Source of the DNA: Candidatus Marinacidobacterales bacterium
Lineage (GTDB): Bacteria; Acidobacteriota; Vicinamibacteria; Marinacidobacterales; DATDRI01
Length of the DNA: 64,000 bases
NCBI GenBank assembly: GCA_965219415.1
Contig: CBDCNP010000001.1
Coordinates: 32,001 to 96,000 of the forward strand
Direction: 5' to 3'
Shown here: positions 9,359 through 19,857 of the stretch, in pieces
How positions within the stretch are numbered: position 1 is the first letter of the stretch
Layout: every line of letters begins with the position of its first letter
Notes under the pieces: generated by a model
Told to the model about the DNA's origin: nothing
Databases searched by the model: none
Seen by the model: the letters and a program-made list of their open reading frames with translations, nothing else
Translations under genes and position numbers: made by a program

Positions 9359-10606
9359 GTGATACAGCATATCGCTCCGGTGGGCAAGCTCGCGGCGACA
9401 CTCCGAAGCCTAGGTCCCGGCCTTCTCGTGACCGCAGCCTTCATCGGTCCGGGAACCATCGTTACCTCCTCACGCGCCGGGGCACGCTACGGCTTCGCGT
9501 TGCTCTGGGCCGTCGTCTTCTCGGTCATCGCTACTGCCGTTCTGCAGGAAATGGCCGCTCGCCTGGGGATCGTCCGCCGCTCGGGACTGAGCGACGCAAT
9601 CCGTCAGAGCTTTCGTCGACCACTCCTGCGCTACGCGGCACTCGGGCTGGTGGCGCTCGCCATTACGGTTGGCAACGCCGCCTACGAGGCGGGAAACCTG
9701 CTCGGCGCCTCGCTGGGGCTCGAGCTGACGCTCGGCTGGACACCCAGAGCCTGGGCGGTCGTGATCGCGGTCGCTGCGACCGTCCTCCTCGGCTCGGGCA
9801 CCTATCGCGTGATACAGAGCGTCTTGGTGGCGCTGGTCGTGGTCATGAGTGCCGTGTTCCTCTTCACCGCGGTCATGGTCGGGCCCGCTCCGGGAGAGCT
9901 CCTCGAGGGCATGCTGGTCCCGCAGATCCCAGCCGGCTCGCTCGTCACCATCATCGCCCTCATCGGAACCACCGTGGTCCCGTACAACCTCTTTCTGCAC
10001 GCGAGCGCCGTTCAGGAGAAGTGGTCCTCGGAGGTTCCGGCCGACGAAGCCCTCCCGGCCGCTCGGCTCGATACATATTTGTCCGTGACCCTCGGAGGTG
10101 CGGTGACGCTTGCGATCGTCGTGACCGCCACACCACTTTTTGGCCGAGGCATCGAACAGGCCGACGCACTCATGGTGACGGGGGTACTCGAGCCCATCCT
10201 AGGCTCCGCCGCGAAAACGTTCTTTGGCCTCGGCCTCTTCGCCGCCGGCCTCACCAGTGCGATCACAGCACCTCTGGCAGCGGCCTATGCGACGACGGGC
10301 GCGCTCGGCATGGACCGCGACATGAGGTCCACCGCCTTTCGCAGCGTATGGATCCTGGTCATCGTCGTCGGTGTCGCCTTGTCGCTCTCGGGCGGCAGCC
10401 CCACCGAAGCCATCCTCCTCGCGCAGGCTGCGAACGGGCTCCTGCTGCCGCTCATCGCCATCTTCCTGCTCGTCGTCGTGAACGACCGGTCACTGCTCGG
10501 GCGCCATCGGAACAGATGGTTTGCCAACCTGCTCGCGGGCACAGTGGTGCTCGTCGTCATTGGGCTGGGAGCGTTCCAGCTGTTGCGCGTGTCCGGCGTC
10601 GTTTGA
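9359..10606 (+). CDS. NRAMP/MntH-family divalent metal transporter
   Basis: GPGLLVTAAFIGPG, LQEMAARLG, IGTTVVPYNLFLH motifs; multiple TM segments. Confidence 0.9.
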   Translation: MIQHIAPVGKLAATLRSLGPGLLVTAAFIGPGTIVTSSRAGARYGFALLWAVVFSVIATAVLQEMAARLGIVRRSGLSDAIRQSFRRPLLRYAALGLVALAITVGNAAYEAGNLLGASLGLELTLGWTPRAWAVVIAVAATVLLGSGTYRVIQSVLVALVVVMSAVFLFTAVMVGPAPGELLEGMLVPQIPAGSLVTIIALIGTTVVPYNLFLHASAVQEKWSSEVPADEALPAARLDTYLSVTLGGAVTLAIVVTATPLFGRGIEQADALMVTGVLEPILGSAAKTFFGLGLFAAGLTSAITAPLAAAYATTGALGMDRDMRSTAFRSVWILVIVVGVALSLSGGSPTEAILLAQAANGLLLPLIAIFLLVVVNDRSLLGRHRNRWFANLLAGTVVLVVIGLGAFQLLRVSGVV

Positions 10607-10764
10607 GTTGTTTTCGCGTCTTCCTGGCAGCGGTTCTAGCCCAGATCGCCTGCATACGGGCTGTCGTCCGCAAAAAAGAAGTCGCAAACTCGCTGCGACA
10701 GAACCGGGAGGGCGATGCTCGTGAAATCGATCTCGAGGCGTCGTTGATGTCTGAACTCTCTTCC

Positions 10765-11014
10765 TGTCCTGTGCCAAAACTCGGCCCTTTTGAAATAGGC
10801 CATAAATCAGCAGCTTAGTGTCTGTGTTTGCGACCGGGCCAAGGGCCGTAGGCTTTACAATCGTCTGTCCCGAGGGTGTTATCTTCAGCTCCATGATGAC
10901 GTACCACGCGCAATTCCTACTGCTCGTTGTGGCTGGCTGGGTCAACCGCCAGCAGCAGGATGTGTCGACTACCTTTGCAAGAGGAGAACCGCGTCCTGTG
11001 CCAAAACTCGGCCC
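10765..11014 (+). mobile_element. family-A left end and transposase start, interrupted by a second A end at 10992
   Basis: MMTYHAQFLLLVVAGWVNRQQQDV..EENR followed by CGTCCTGTGCC. Confidence 0.8.
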
Positions 11015-11250
11015 TGGACTTGACCCGCTTTCGTGGACACCTAATCCTTTGGGAGACAGGAGTCCACGATGTCAAAGCAGGGAAACAGATACGCGGCCGA
11101 ATTCCGGCGCCAAATGGTAGAGCTGGTGCGAGCTGGCCGCGGCTCCGAAGAGCTGGCGCGAGAGTTTGAGCCCTCGGGCCAGACGATCCGGAACTGGGTG
11201 AACCAGGCGGATCTCGACGAGGGTCGCAGGCAGGACGGTCTGACGAGTGA
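11015..11250 (+). mobile_element. IS3-family 5' fragment (same element as 43089-44345)
   Basis: MSKQGNRYAAEFRRQMVELVRAG; cut by an IS1-like end. Confidence 0.9.
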
Positions 11251-12361
11251 GGTGCTTCCGCCATCAAGTGTTGCTACGCGGCTGCGGGCAGTGGTACAGG
11301 TGCGGAAGAGACCGGGTTGCGCGCCCTACTGAGCAGGAAAACCTCGATCCGCGACCACAAAGGAATCGTCGTCGCCAAGAAGATGTCTCGAAAGGTGAGC
11401 CGTCGCGTGGTGAGACCGGCCTGCATAGCCGGAGTTCGGATCTCACGTCCGAACTTCAGAGCTCCGTGCGGTCGGACGAAGTTGTAATAGCAACGGAGCA
11501 ACTCCAGATGCTCATCGAGCCTCTCCGTCGAGCGAGCGTGGGAAAGCGTTCGTCTCGAAAGGTATGCCGAGCTTTGCCGGATGGTCAGATTCAACCGCTC
11601 GATGAACGACGTGTTCATCGTTCCTGCGCGTTTTTAGGACCTGGCCGTAGAGACACGCTGGACCGAAGAAGCGACGGATGACCTTCTGGTAGAATTCGAA
11701 TCCATCCGTGACGATCAAGGGAAGACGCTCGAAATTCATCCGCCTCGAAAGGTCGCGAAACAGAGCGTGAGTGTTCCGGTAGCTTCGCCTTCCCGTCACC
11801 GTCGATGGCCAGAGCCGAGACCAGACCTCGATCGTAACGAAGACCCAACTCGGCGTCTTCTTGTTGCCCGCGAACGTGCGAATCTCGTCGGCTTGAAGCT
11901 CTTCGGCAGCGAAGCCCGCGATCCTTCTGTGATTGAATCGACGACACACTTGGGCTGCCTTCTCGAGCCAGCGGGCGACGGTGTTCCAGGCAATCCCTTT
12001 GATCCGGGAAATCGCGGAAATGCTGACACCCTCGACTCTGAGAGCGATGACCCCATCGAAAGTAGCTCTTCGATGTTGGAGACGGTAGTAGGGCGTGCCT
12101 TTCGTCGAGGAGAACGTCTTTCCGCACTCGCCGCACCGGTATCGACGGCGTTTCCCGGACCTCGTTCTGTAGAATCCGTGGCGAACGATGTTTCCGGAAC
12201 TGACTTTGCCCCGCAACGGACATGCGAGATTGAGACATCTGCGATTCTTCACTTTGGCTCGGCCCTGACGATGAGAGAACTGTGTCTTCGGAATTCTGGT
12301 TCAAACTCTAGCACGCAGACCGGTTAGGGGCTGGCCGCCAACACTTAATTGCGGAAGCACC
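11251..12361 (-). mobile_element. IS1-family element with about 89-bp internal deletion
   Basis: TIRs GGTGCTTCCGC; near-identical to 35612-36811 except for a deletion near 11615. Confidence 0.9.
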
Positions 12362-12945
12362 CCGCGCTCAGCCTTTCTGTACCCCAGCTCATCACGAATG
12401 CCGTGAAGGCCGAGCGGGAAGGGGTGGATGGAATCGTCGTCAACTGCATGGCCGATCCCGGCGTGCGGGAGATGCGCGAGAATGTTGCCATCCCGGTGCT
12501 CGGGCCCGGCCAAACCTCGATGCATGTGGCCACCTTGGTGGGGCGACGGTTTAGTCTCCTGGTGACCAGCGAGTTCTCTGCGCGTTATTTCGAGGAACAG
12601 GCGGAGAAGGTAGGGCTGGGCGCGCGGCTTGCATCCTGCGAAGTAGTTGGTATTCCGCCCGATGAGATAGGGGCCGATCCGGGACGAACCACAGCTTTAC
12701 TGGTCGAAGCGGCCCGGAGAGCGATCTGCGGAGCGAATGCTGACACGCTGGTGCTTTGCTGCACGGGGTTCGCGTTTCTTGCCAGAGATCTCCGGAAGAA
12801 ACTAGAGGCCATGAAGTTGAGCGTGCCCCTCATCGACCCGCTTGCCGTCACCATCCATACACTGGCGGTTCTCCTGGATGCCGGGCTCACCCACAGCCGA
12901 GTCGCTTACCCCGGTATTCGTGCGTCCCTGACCTCCAAAACATAG
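12362..12945 (+). pseudogene. Asp/Glu/hydantoin racemase family, 5'-truncated
   Basis: IVVNCMADPG and LVLCCTGF catalytic Cys motifs. Confidence 0.85.
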
Positions 12946-13203
12946 GGCCGGAAGCAAAAAAGCCAGCCCTTTCGGGCCGGTGCTGTGATCCGCAAAAAAG
13001 AAGATCGCGCATATCAGGGCGTCACTGCCACTTGTGAGCGACGGTGCCGCCCTGCCCTTCTTTCTGCGCCCGTGTGCCCGTCTTCATCCACGCGCTCAAA
13101 CGGCTGTATCGTTGAACCACAGATGGGCTTGGATCTCGTCCTGTGGAACGCCCTCGCCGGGCGATGTCGTACTGTGCCAAAAGATGAATAGATAGAAGGC
13201 GCA

Positions 13204-14300
13204 CCGCGGCCGACAACTATCTCAAGCACACCACCATCGGTGATCCCGAGCTCGACCCGATCATGGAGGAGCTCTCAGCGGAGTTGTCTCCAAGCGACCT
13301 GCACCGGTTCATCGGGGCCGGCATAGAGCAGAACGAGGAGGTTCTGCGCCTCGCGCCGCGTTCTCTGCGCGATTTCTTCAAGAATTTCAAGGAGCCTCCC
13401 TGGCTCTACTACGAAGGTTTTCGTTCCGGGATTCGCGCTTTTCATGAAAACGTAGACCTGATGCTCACCGCCTTCGTCACGGGAGTGCTGGTAGAAGGCT
13501 TTTCGACGCTCATCGCCAAGTCTTTCAATATTACCGGGCGAGTGGCGTCCACCAGAAGACGCCTCCAGCAGAACAACCGCCACATGCTGGAGATCTTCTT
13601 TCCCGGCAACTTGCAGAGAAACGGCGAGGGATGGAAGCTGTCCACGCGCATTCGGTTCGTTCATACTCGGATACGGGGCCTGCTGGCGAAGTCAGATGAC
13701 TGGAATCACGAAGCCTGGGGCACGCCGGTAAGCGCGGCGCACCTGGGTTTCGCCATCTCCGTCTTTTCCAAGCGCCTGCTGGAGTACTCGACGATGCTGG
13801 GCGCGAAGTTCAGCCAGGAAGAACAGGAGAGCGTTCTCGCCGTCTGGCGCTACGCCGGCTACCTCATGGGGATACCGGAAACCATCCTCTATAAGAACGG
13901 CGAGGAGGCGGAAAAAATATACGAGATCGGTTACCTGTGCGAGCCGAAGCCGGACGCCGATTCGGTAGCCGTGGCCAATTTGTTGATCCAGTCCATTCCA
14001 AAGGTTGCGGACGTCAAGGACCCGGCTGAGCAAAAGCAACTGGTGAAACTGGCCTACCGTCTGTCACGCGCCCTCATTGGAAAGGAGCTCGCGGACAGTT
14101 TCGAGTTTCCACCGGATCCCAAGTGGGCGACCCTATTCAAGTACCGGATGAAGCAGCGCGTTCTGCGATTGTTGCGAACCAACAAGATGATCAGATCGGA
14201 CAATTTCACCCAGCTTCTCCAGATATCGGTGTACGACGGCGAGGGACTGAGCTACAAGAGGCCGGACCACGTCTACACGTCGAAATCGAGCCCGTGGTAA
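13204..14300 (+). pseudogene. MpaB/DUF2236-like (ER-bound oxygenase) protein, probably 5'-truncated
   Basis: GDPELD, IRFVHTRIR, WGTPVS, WRYAGYLMGIP; frame opens at a C-type end. Confidence 0.75.
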
Positions 14301-14535
14301 CAATCGAATAGCCCGTCGCTTCCAGTACGAGATGGTAGAGGCGCTGACTCCTTCGCTGCTGGGCCGCTACGCCGCCGCCACTGTGCGCTACCGGTGGGTG
14401 GTTGTTGCGCTCGCTGCCTTATTCATGCTGGCCGTGACGGCCGGCGCCCGCTTCATCGTCGTTACGAACGACTTGTCCCTTCCATAAACTCGAGCTGTAT
14501 GAGATTGGCGAACTGCCCTGCTATTCGCACGACCC

Positions 14536-14658
14536 CGTCCTGTGCCAAAACTCGGCTCTTTTGAAATAGACCATAAATCAGCAGCTTAGTGTCTGTGTTT
14601 GCGACCGGGCGAAGGCGGCGCAAGGCTCTTGAGTTCATTTGTATTTTTGGACACGACG
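14536..14658. mobile_element. hybrid mini-element: family-A end plus family-B end
   Basis: CGTCCTGTGCC at one end, TTTTTGGACACGACG at the other; preceded by a C right end at 14474. Confidence 0.8.
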
Positions 14659-14863
14659 AGGAACAACTGCTCTGGGTTCGCCACTTCCAATCAATTCCGG
14701 AACTGCTCGAAGCCCTTCAGCACTTCCGCGAACTCTACAACCAGAACTGGCTCATAGAGCGTCTTGGCTTTCAATCGCCCGTTCAGGCAAGACAACGCCT
14801 TGCTCTCGAACCGGCCGCTTGATTATGATGAGTTCAATCTGTCCAAGAAATCAGGGGCGGTAC
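14659..14863 (+). mobile_element. IS3/IS481-type transposase 3' remnant with terminal repeat
   Basis: EQLLWVRHF..YNQNWLIERLGFQSP; ends GGGGCGGTACA. Confidence 0.65.
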
Positions 14864-14913
14864 AGCCGCCAAAAGGTGCCGTGCGCGCACGAAAGGATTT
14901 TTGCACCAACACT

Positions 14914-16185
14914 TCAATACGCAACGATTTTCGCGACATTGTGATTTTGGAGCTGGCGACGAATCAACTCGCTGGAGACGAGAAATTCTTGTCCGAGCTC
15001 GTCAATTTGTTCGGTGTCTATGTATTCACTCGAAATTCGCTCGCGTAGCAAGTCAGCAGGGGCTAGGAATTCTGCCGCGAACGCCCGCGACTGTGCCTGA
15101 CGGTCCGTTGCCAGAGAACTGAGTAGACCGTGATTGGATACAGACCGGCCCAGGTAGTCGCCGAGCGCACGAGCAATGAGAAACCGGGTACCGGTTGCAC
15201 CTCGTGGCGCCGTCATGCAGGCGGGCGTATCTGTTCCCACGATCCCATGAATGCGCGACGACGGCGGAGTTGTTTGGCGCTGCGGGATCGTCAGCGACCC
15301 GAGTTGGTCGAAATCGATCCGCCCACCGTTGATGCCGATCTTGTCGCGGGCTACACGCGCCAGTTGGTAGCCCCGAGCCCACGGTTCAACCTCAAGGTGC
15401 GGCGGCAACGTCTGGCGAATCTCCGACCAGTGATTGTTTTTTTGGCCTTGCGCAAGCGTTTCTATAGCGTCACTCAACCAAACGCCGACGGGGTCCAATG
15501 AATCTACCCTAGCGAGGGCCAGAGCATCCTCTCGGACAGACGAGTCTGCGTTTTCCCAGAACATCACGATGGAATCGGCGACATGATCCCTCACGTCGAA
15601 AGGATCGACTCCGAGCAGGGCGGCGGCGCGGCTGAACTCAAGTTCGTCAGCATCCAGATCGTTGATCGCGTTCCAGACGCGACCAAGGTTTTCCGCTGCT
15701 TGGCCGGTCTCGGGACAGCTGCGGAGCCGTTCTAATACAGCGTCGATGAGGTTTCGGAATTGCAATTCCAGTTCCTCCCGCTCGACGCGATGCTGTCCCT
15801 CATCGACGAATTCGATCCCGGCGTACTGTGGTTTGTACCGAGTCCACTCCAGATCCATTCGCCCTGAAACGGGGATCATACTCAGACGCGGTAGTACGAA
15901 GCCGTCGGCGGCGAACGCCAGGTTGTGGCGGGACTCGAATTCAGGCCGTTGCTCGCTCGTGTCCCCGACCTCGTACCAAATGTGCCACCAGTTGGTGACC
16001 AGCCACTCGGCTACGCTGAACAGAGGAACGACGACCTCCTTGCTGTATATCCCGCTCCGACGATCCAGAACGGCAGTGACAGTCGTGCCGTCGGCTTCGA
16101 CGGAGAGTGCGGCCATAGTCGTTTGGGCCAGCTTGTCGGGTGACGGTCCCGCATCGACCCAGTTGAATCGAAAATCAACGCTCAT
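14914..16185 (-). CDS. protein with C-terminal ImmA/IrrE-like domain lacking HExxH
   Basis: RFLIARALGDYL in place of RFTLAHELGH; QAQSRAFAAEFLAP; 4-bp overlap with the upstream gene. Confidence 0.7.
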   Translation of the reverse strand: MSVDFRFNWVDAGPSPDKLAQTTMAALSVEADGTTVTAVLDRRSGIYSKEVVVPLFSVAEWLVTNWWHIWYEVGDTSEQRPEFESRHNLAFAADGFVLPRLSMIPVSGRMDLEWTRYKPQYAGIEFVDEGQHRVEREELELQFRNLIDAVLERLRSCPETGQAAENLGRVWNAINDLDADELEFSRAAALLGVDPFDVRDHVADSIVMFWENADSSVREDALALARVDSLDPVGVWLSDAIETLAQGQKNNHWSEIRQTLPPHLEVEPWARGYQLARVARDKIGINGGRIDFDQLGSLTIPQRQTTPPSSRIHGIVGTDTPACMTAPRGATGTRFLIARALGDYLGRSVSNHGLLSSLATDRQAQSRAFAAEFLAPADLLRERISSEYIDTEQIDELGQEFLVSSELIRRQLQNHNVAKIVAY

Positions 16186-16577
16186 CCGAGACCTTGTACT
16201 CGCTGCATCGGTTCCAGTGGATATCCATGGTACTCGCCAGAACCAGGAGAGCCCTGCCGTGCTTCGAAAATAACGTCATCTTCGCGGTGCCAAACGTAGC
16301 GCGGAAAGCGTCCGTCCCACGCGCCGACGCGACCGGATCTCACCGCATCTCGGAGCCACCCCTCAACAAGGTCCCGACAGTGCACCAGCTTGCTAGGACA
16401 CAAGCTGGCGGTGGGCCGGCGGCCGCGAGGCATCCCGGCAAATCCCAAGGCATCCTTATGGTAGGGACTCCCGACGTACCGACAAGATTCGGCTACCTGT
16501 GTCAAGTCAGTGCCGTTAGGCGGTGCCTGTACCTTGCGCACCTTCGGGTTGTCACGCTGGAATCTCGGTCGCCTCAC
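16182..16577 (-). CDS. small basic protein, candidate nuclease toxin
   Basis: YVGSPYHK and GEYHGYP motifs; translationally coupled to the IrrE-like gene. Confidence 0.55.
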   Translation of the reverse strand: MRRPRFQRDNPKVRKVQAPPNGTDLTQVAESCRYVGSPYHKDALGFAGMPRGRRPTASLCPSKLVHCRDLVEGWLRDAVRSGRVGAWDGRFPRYVWHREDDVIFEARQGSPGSGEYHGYPLEPMQRVQGLG

Positions 16578-16643
16578 GACGCTTCGTCCGCATTATACGC
16601 ATCTTTCCGCGACAAATTGAACGCCACGTGTTGCTCGTGACAC

Positions 16644-16830
16644 TTCCCTGATTGACCCACCTCAATTCCCTGTTCGCCTATTGTAAATCCCCTGTTCGGT
16701 CATCTCAAATTCCCTGTTCTTTTGGAACAGGGAATTACCTGCTAACCATTTGAAATTTGGAAGGTTAGCACGTGAAAAAACAGCCCGATCGGCGCAAAAA
16801 AGGCCCAAATTCCCTGTTAATTCCCTGTTT
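16644..16830. repeat. cluster of about 7 AATTCCCTGTT-like motifs (direct and inverted)
   Basis: Copies near 16644, 16664, 16687, 16709, 16726 (inverted) and 16808 (twice). Confidence 0.8.
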
Positions 16831-17097
16831 TTTGTGGTTTCCAGCCGAGACCGGGCCTGCCTGGAGTCCCTCCAGAACGGCCCCCAGGGTTACACATTCG
16901 TCCCGTGGCCGATCCGATCTCACTTCTCGCGTTCGGGCCACGAGCGAACGAGGGTTATTCGAACGAGATCGACGGCCGGGAGGAAGCAGAGCCCTGTTGA
17001 TCAAGAAATCGCTTTAGAATCCCCCGCCTGTTTCAGTTGTGTCCAGAGACGAATGCCTTCGCGAACGGACTCGCCTTAGGCGAAAAACGCCCTTCGC

Positions 17098-17890
17098 CTA
17101 CAAACGAGCTCCACAGTCCTTGCAGAACTTGACATCGGTATCGTGGCCTTCGCTGGAGCAGATGGGACAAGCCTGCGTGCTCACCGCAAGCCTTGCCGCC
17201 GCGTGCATCTCGACGCTCACGATCCCGGTCGGTACGGCGATGATTCCGTAGCCGAGGATCATGATCACAGTGGCCAAGAACTTACCCAAAACCGTTTGCG
17301 GGGCAATGTCTCCGTAACCCACCGTGGTCATGGTCACGATAGCCCAGTACATCGCCTGCGGAATGCTGGTGAAACCGCGCTCTTCTCCCTCGAGCAGATA
17401 GATAAGCGCCCCGACGATGAGAGCAATGGCGAGGATCGCACCGATGAAAATGACGATCTTGCGCGCGCTCGCGTGAAGCGCAGCGCTGAGCTGAGCCCCT
17501 TCTCCGACGAACCTCACCAGCTTCAGCACCCGAAAGACCCGGAGGAGCCGAAGAGCACGGATAACTAAAAGCGACTGAGCCCCGCCGAAGATCAGGCTCA
17601 AGTAGGTTGGCAGAATGGCTAGGAGATCGACCACACCGAAGAAGCTGGTGGCGTATGCAAGAGGTCTTCCCACCGAATACAGCCGTAAGATGTACTCGAT
17701 GGTGAAGAGAATCGTCACCAGCCATTCGAATCCGCGAAGCACGGTCCCGTAGTCCTCGCGGACGGCGGTCACGCTTTCCAGCATCACCGCGACAATACTC
17801 GCCAGAATGAGAACGAGCAGTGCCAGGTCGAAGACTTTCCCCGCAGGCGTATCCGCCTCGAAAATGATCTCGTGGAGCTTGGCTCGATGC
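17098..17890 (-). pseudogene. voltage-gated-type potassium channel, native start lost
   Basis: RALRLLRVFRVLK S4 segment and TMTTVGYGD filter; 5' end fused to an exonuclease fragment. Confidence 0.85.
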
Positions 17891-18079
17891 CGCGTCTTGA
17901 ACATCCTCCCAGCACAGGCCATGGATCCTCGTGAGCGAGAAGCGCGCCGAAGGCGGTCGGATCAGGAACGACCGCAACACCACAATACGGCCGTCGCAGC
18001 CGACCGCGAGGCCGACCGCGCATGCGCTGTCCCGTCGGTGATTGGCCGTCTCGAAGTCGATCGCCACGAAGGTGCTCAT
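17891..18079 (-). pseudogene. DEDDh 3'-5' exonuclease (DnaQ-like), 5' fragment
   Basis: MSTFVAIDFETAN..SACAVGL..TRIHGL. Confidence 0.8.
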
Positions 18080-18139
18080 TGCATCCGGCTCTGTCATACT
18101 CCATCATAAGGCAGATCCGGCGACGGAAAGGTCAAAGCG

Positions 18140-18275
18140 TTAGCCGCGGGAGACGTTGATCCATGGACAGGTGGGGAAAGCCGGATGCCTTCGCTCGGCC
18201 CCTGCGGAACGTCGTCGGCCATCGCAGGGCCTACGGGTACGGCATGCTGCTCGTACGACCGCCGGCGGGGACGGC
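18140..18275 (+). pseudogene. cas6e: cas6e 3' remnant
   Basis: C-terminal G-loop-like HRRAYGYGMLLVRP just upstream of cas1. Confidence 0.55.
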
Positions 18276-18290
18276 CTGTCGCACCTCACC

Positions 18291-19196
18291 ATGTTGAAAG
18301 GGCGTCTCGGCCTTGACACGGCCCGGATCCCCCACACGGATCGGGCCGGGCTTCTCTGGCTCTCGCGCGGCGCGCTGACCGCGCGGGACGGAACCCTCAC
18401 CTTCGAGCGCGGCCCGTACGGAACGGAGAACGACCCCCTGGAACCGGGTCACTACGCCATACCGTTTCAGGGCGTCTCCATGATCTTGCTCGGTCCTGGC
18501 TCGACCGTGAGCCATGACGCGCTACGGCTTCTGGCCCGGCACGGTACCGCGCTCGCCGCTGTCGGCGAGGACGGAGTGCGCTGTTATACTGCTCCACCGT
18601 TGATCGCCGACCGGTCGGGCCTCGCGCGACGCCAGGCGCGCGTCTGGGCTGACGCCAAAACTCGGCTCCAAATCGCGCGACGCATGTACGCATGGCGCTT
18701 GGGTGACGTTCTTCCCCGCAGCGACCTCGCGGTGATGCGCGGCATTGAGGGCGCCAGGATGAAGGAGACCTATCGTCTCATGGCTACGACGATCGGAATC
18801 GAATGGCGGGGACGGCGCTACGATCGGTCACGGCCGATGGCGAGCGATCTGCCGAACCAAGCGCTGAACCACGCGTCGAGTGCGGTTGAAGCCGCTGCCG
18901 CCATTGCCGTCTCCGCGACGGCGACCGTGCCGCAACTCGGTTTCATCCATGAAGATGCAGGCCAGTCCTTTGTGCTCGACATCGCTGATCTGTTCCGCGA
19001 CTCGGTGACCATTCCCACTGCGTTCCGGGCTGCGAAGAAGGTCTTGGCGGCGCCCCGTGCGAACATCGAGCGCGTAACGCGGCGCGAGACCGGGTACGTC
19101 CTCAGCCGGGAGCAAACGATCCCGAGAATGATCGACCGGATTAAGGATTTGTTTGGAGATCCGAAGCCAAATAAGGAGTCGCGGTCATGCCCATGA
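18291..19196 (+). CDS. cas1: type I-E CRISPR-associated Cas1
   Basis: MLKGRLGLDTARIPH, LLGPGSTVSHDAL, MRGIEGAR, LGFIH..SFVLDIADL. Confidence 0.93.
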   Translation: MLKGRLGLDTARIPHTDRAGLLWLSRGALTARDGTLTFERGPYGTENDPLEPGHYAIPFQGVSMILLGPGSTVSHDALRLLARHGTALAAVGEDGVRCYTAPPLIADRSGLARRQARVWADAKTRLQIARRMYAWRLGDVLPRSDLAVMRGIEGARMKETYRLMATTIGIEWRGRRYDRSRPMASDLPNQALNHASSAVEAAAAIAVSATATVPQLGFIHEDAGQSFVLDIADLFRDSVTIPTAFRAAKKVLAAPRANIERVTRRETGYVLSREQTIPRMIDRIKDLFGDPKPNKESRSCP

Positions 19197-19480
19197 CGGT
19201 CGTCGTCACGCGGGACGTCGAACCCAGATATCGTGGCTTCCTCGCCTCAGCGCTGCTCGAGGTCGCCCCGGGCGTCTACGTGTCGCCCAACCTCTCAGCC
19301 GGGGTGCGCGAGCGCATCTGGTCAGTGATCGAAGACTGGTTCGGTGCGCTTGGGAACGGCGCCATCGCCATAATCTGGCGGGACAGCACTGCCGGAGGCG
19401 GCCTCGCACTCCGCCATCTGGGTGACCCTCCGAAGGAGATCCGTGAAGCCGACGGCGTGCTGCTCGTCAAGAGGTTGTGA
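19187..19480 (+). CDS. cas2: type I-E Cas2
   Basis: VVVTRDVEPRYRGFL..LEVAPGVYVSP..VRERIW. Confidence 0.93.
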   Translation: MPMTVVVTRDVEPRYRGFLASALLEVAPGVYVSPNLSAGVRERIWSVIEDWFGALGNGAIAIIWRDSTAGGGLALRHLGDPPKEIREADGVLLVKRL

Positions 19481-19607
19481 GGTGCGGAAGTCTTGTCTTG
19501 CTAGCTCTTTGACAACTGAATAGAATTGTTTCTTGACAGGCTTCCCTTCTGTTTCGAAGAGGTAATTTTTACTCAGAGGGTTCCCCCGCATGCGCGGGGA
19601 TAGACCG
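19481..19607 (+). CRISPR. AT-rich leader plus a single type I-E repeat (19579-19607); rest of array lost
   Basis: GGTTCCCCCGCATGCGCGGGGATAGACCG directly downstream of cas2 and the leader. Confidence 0.85.
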
Positions 19608-19719
19608 ATTACAGCCAAAATAGCGCTCACGACCTTCGCCGCGCGCTAAATGGAGCGTAAGTGCTTTTTTTTTGCAAAGAGATACGTACACATCACCAAC
19701 GGCAAACAGCGCAAGCACC

Positions 19720-19857
19720 GCCAGATCGCATTCGCGAGGACGCACTCCGCATCCACGCGCCGTTCCGCTTGCGTCGACGCGGCGTCGAGACCAAGCTCGT
19801 TCTGGGCAACCCCACGAAATCCGTTGACCGCACCCTCCTGCGCAATATCGCCAATGC
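19720..19857 (+). pseudogene. internal fragment of a large serine recombinase
   Basis: LRIHAPFRLRRRGVETKLVLG..VDRTLLRNIANA; a catalytic-domain scrap VVVYKVDRLTRSL lies at about 5410-5452 (-). Confidence 0.5.

Noticed and set aside
9331-10818. 495-aa Arg-rich ORF and similar overlapping ORFs (e.g. 40638-41954)
   Set aside because: Alternative-frame artefacts of GC-rich real genes.
18156-18290. N-terminal extension of Cas1
   Set aside because: The region encodes the cas6e tail in another frame; the Cas1 start fits ATG 18291.
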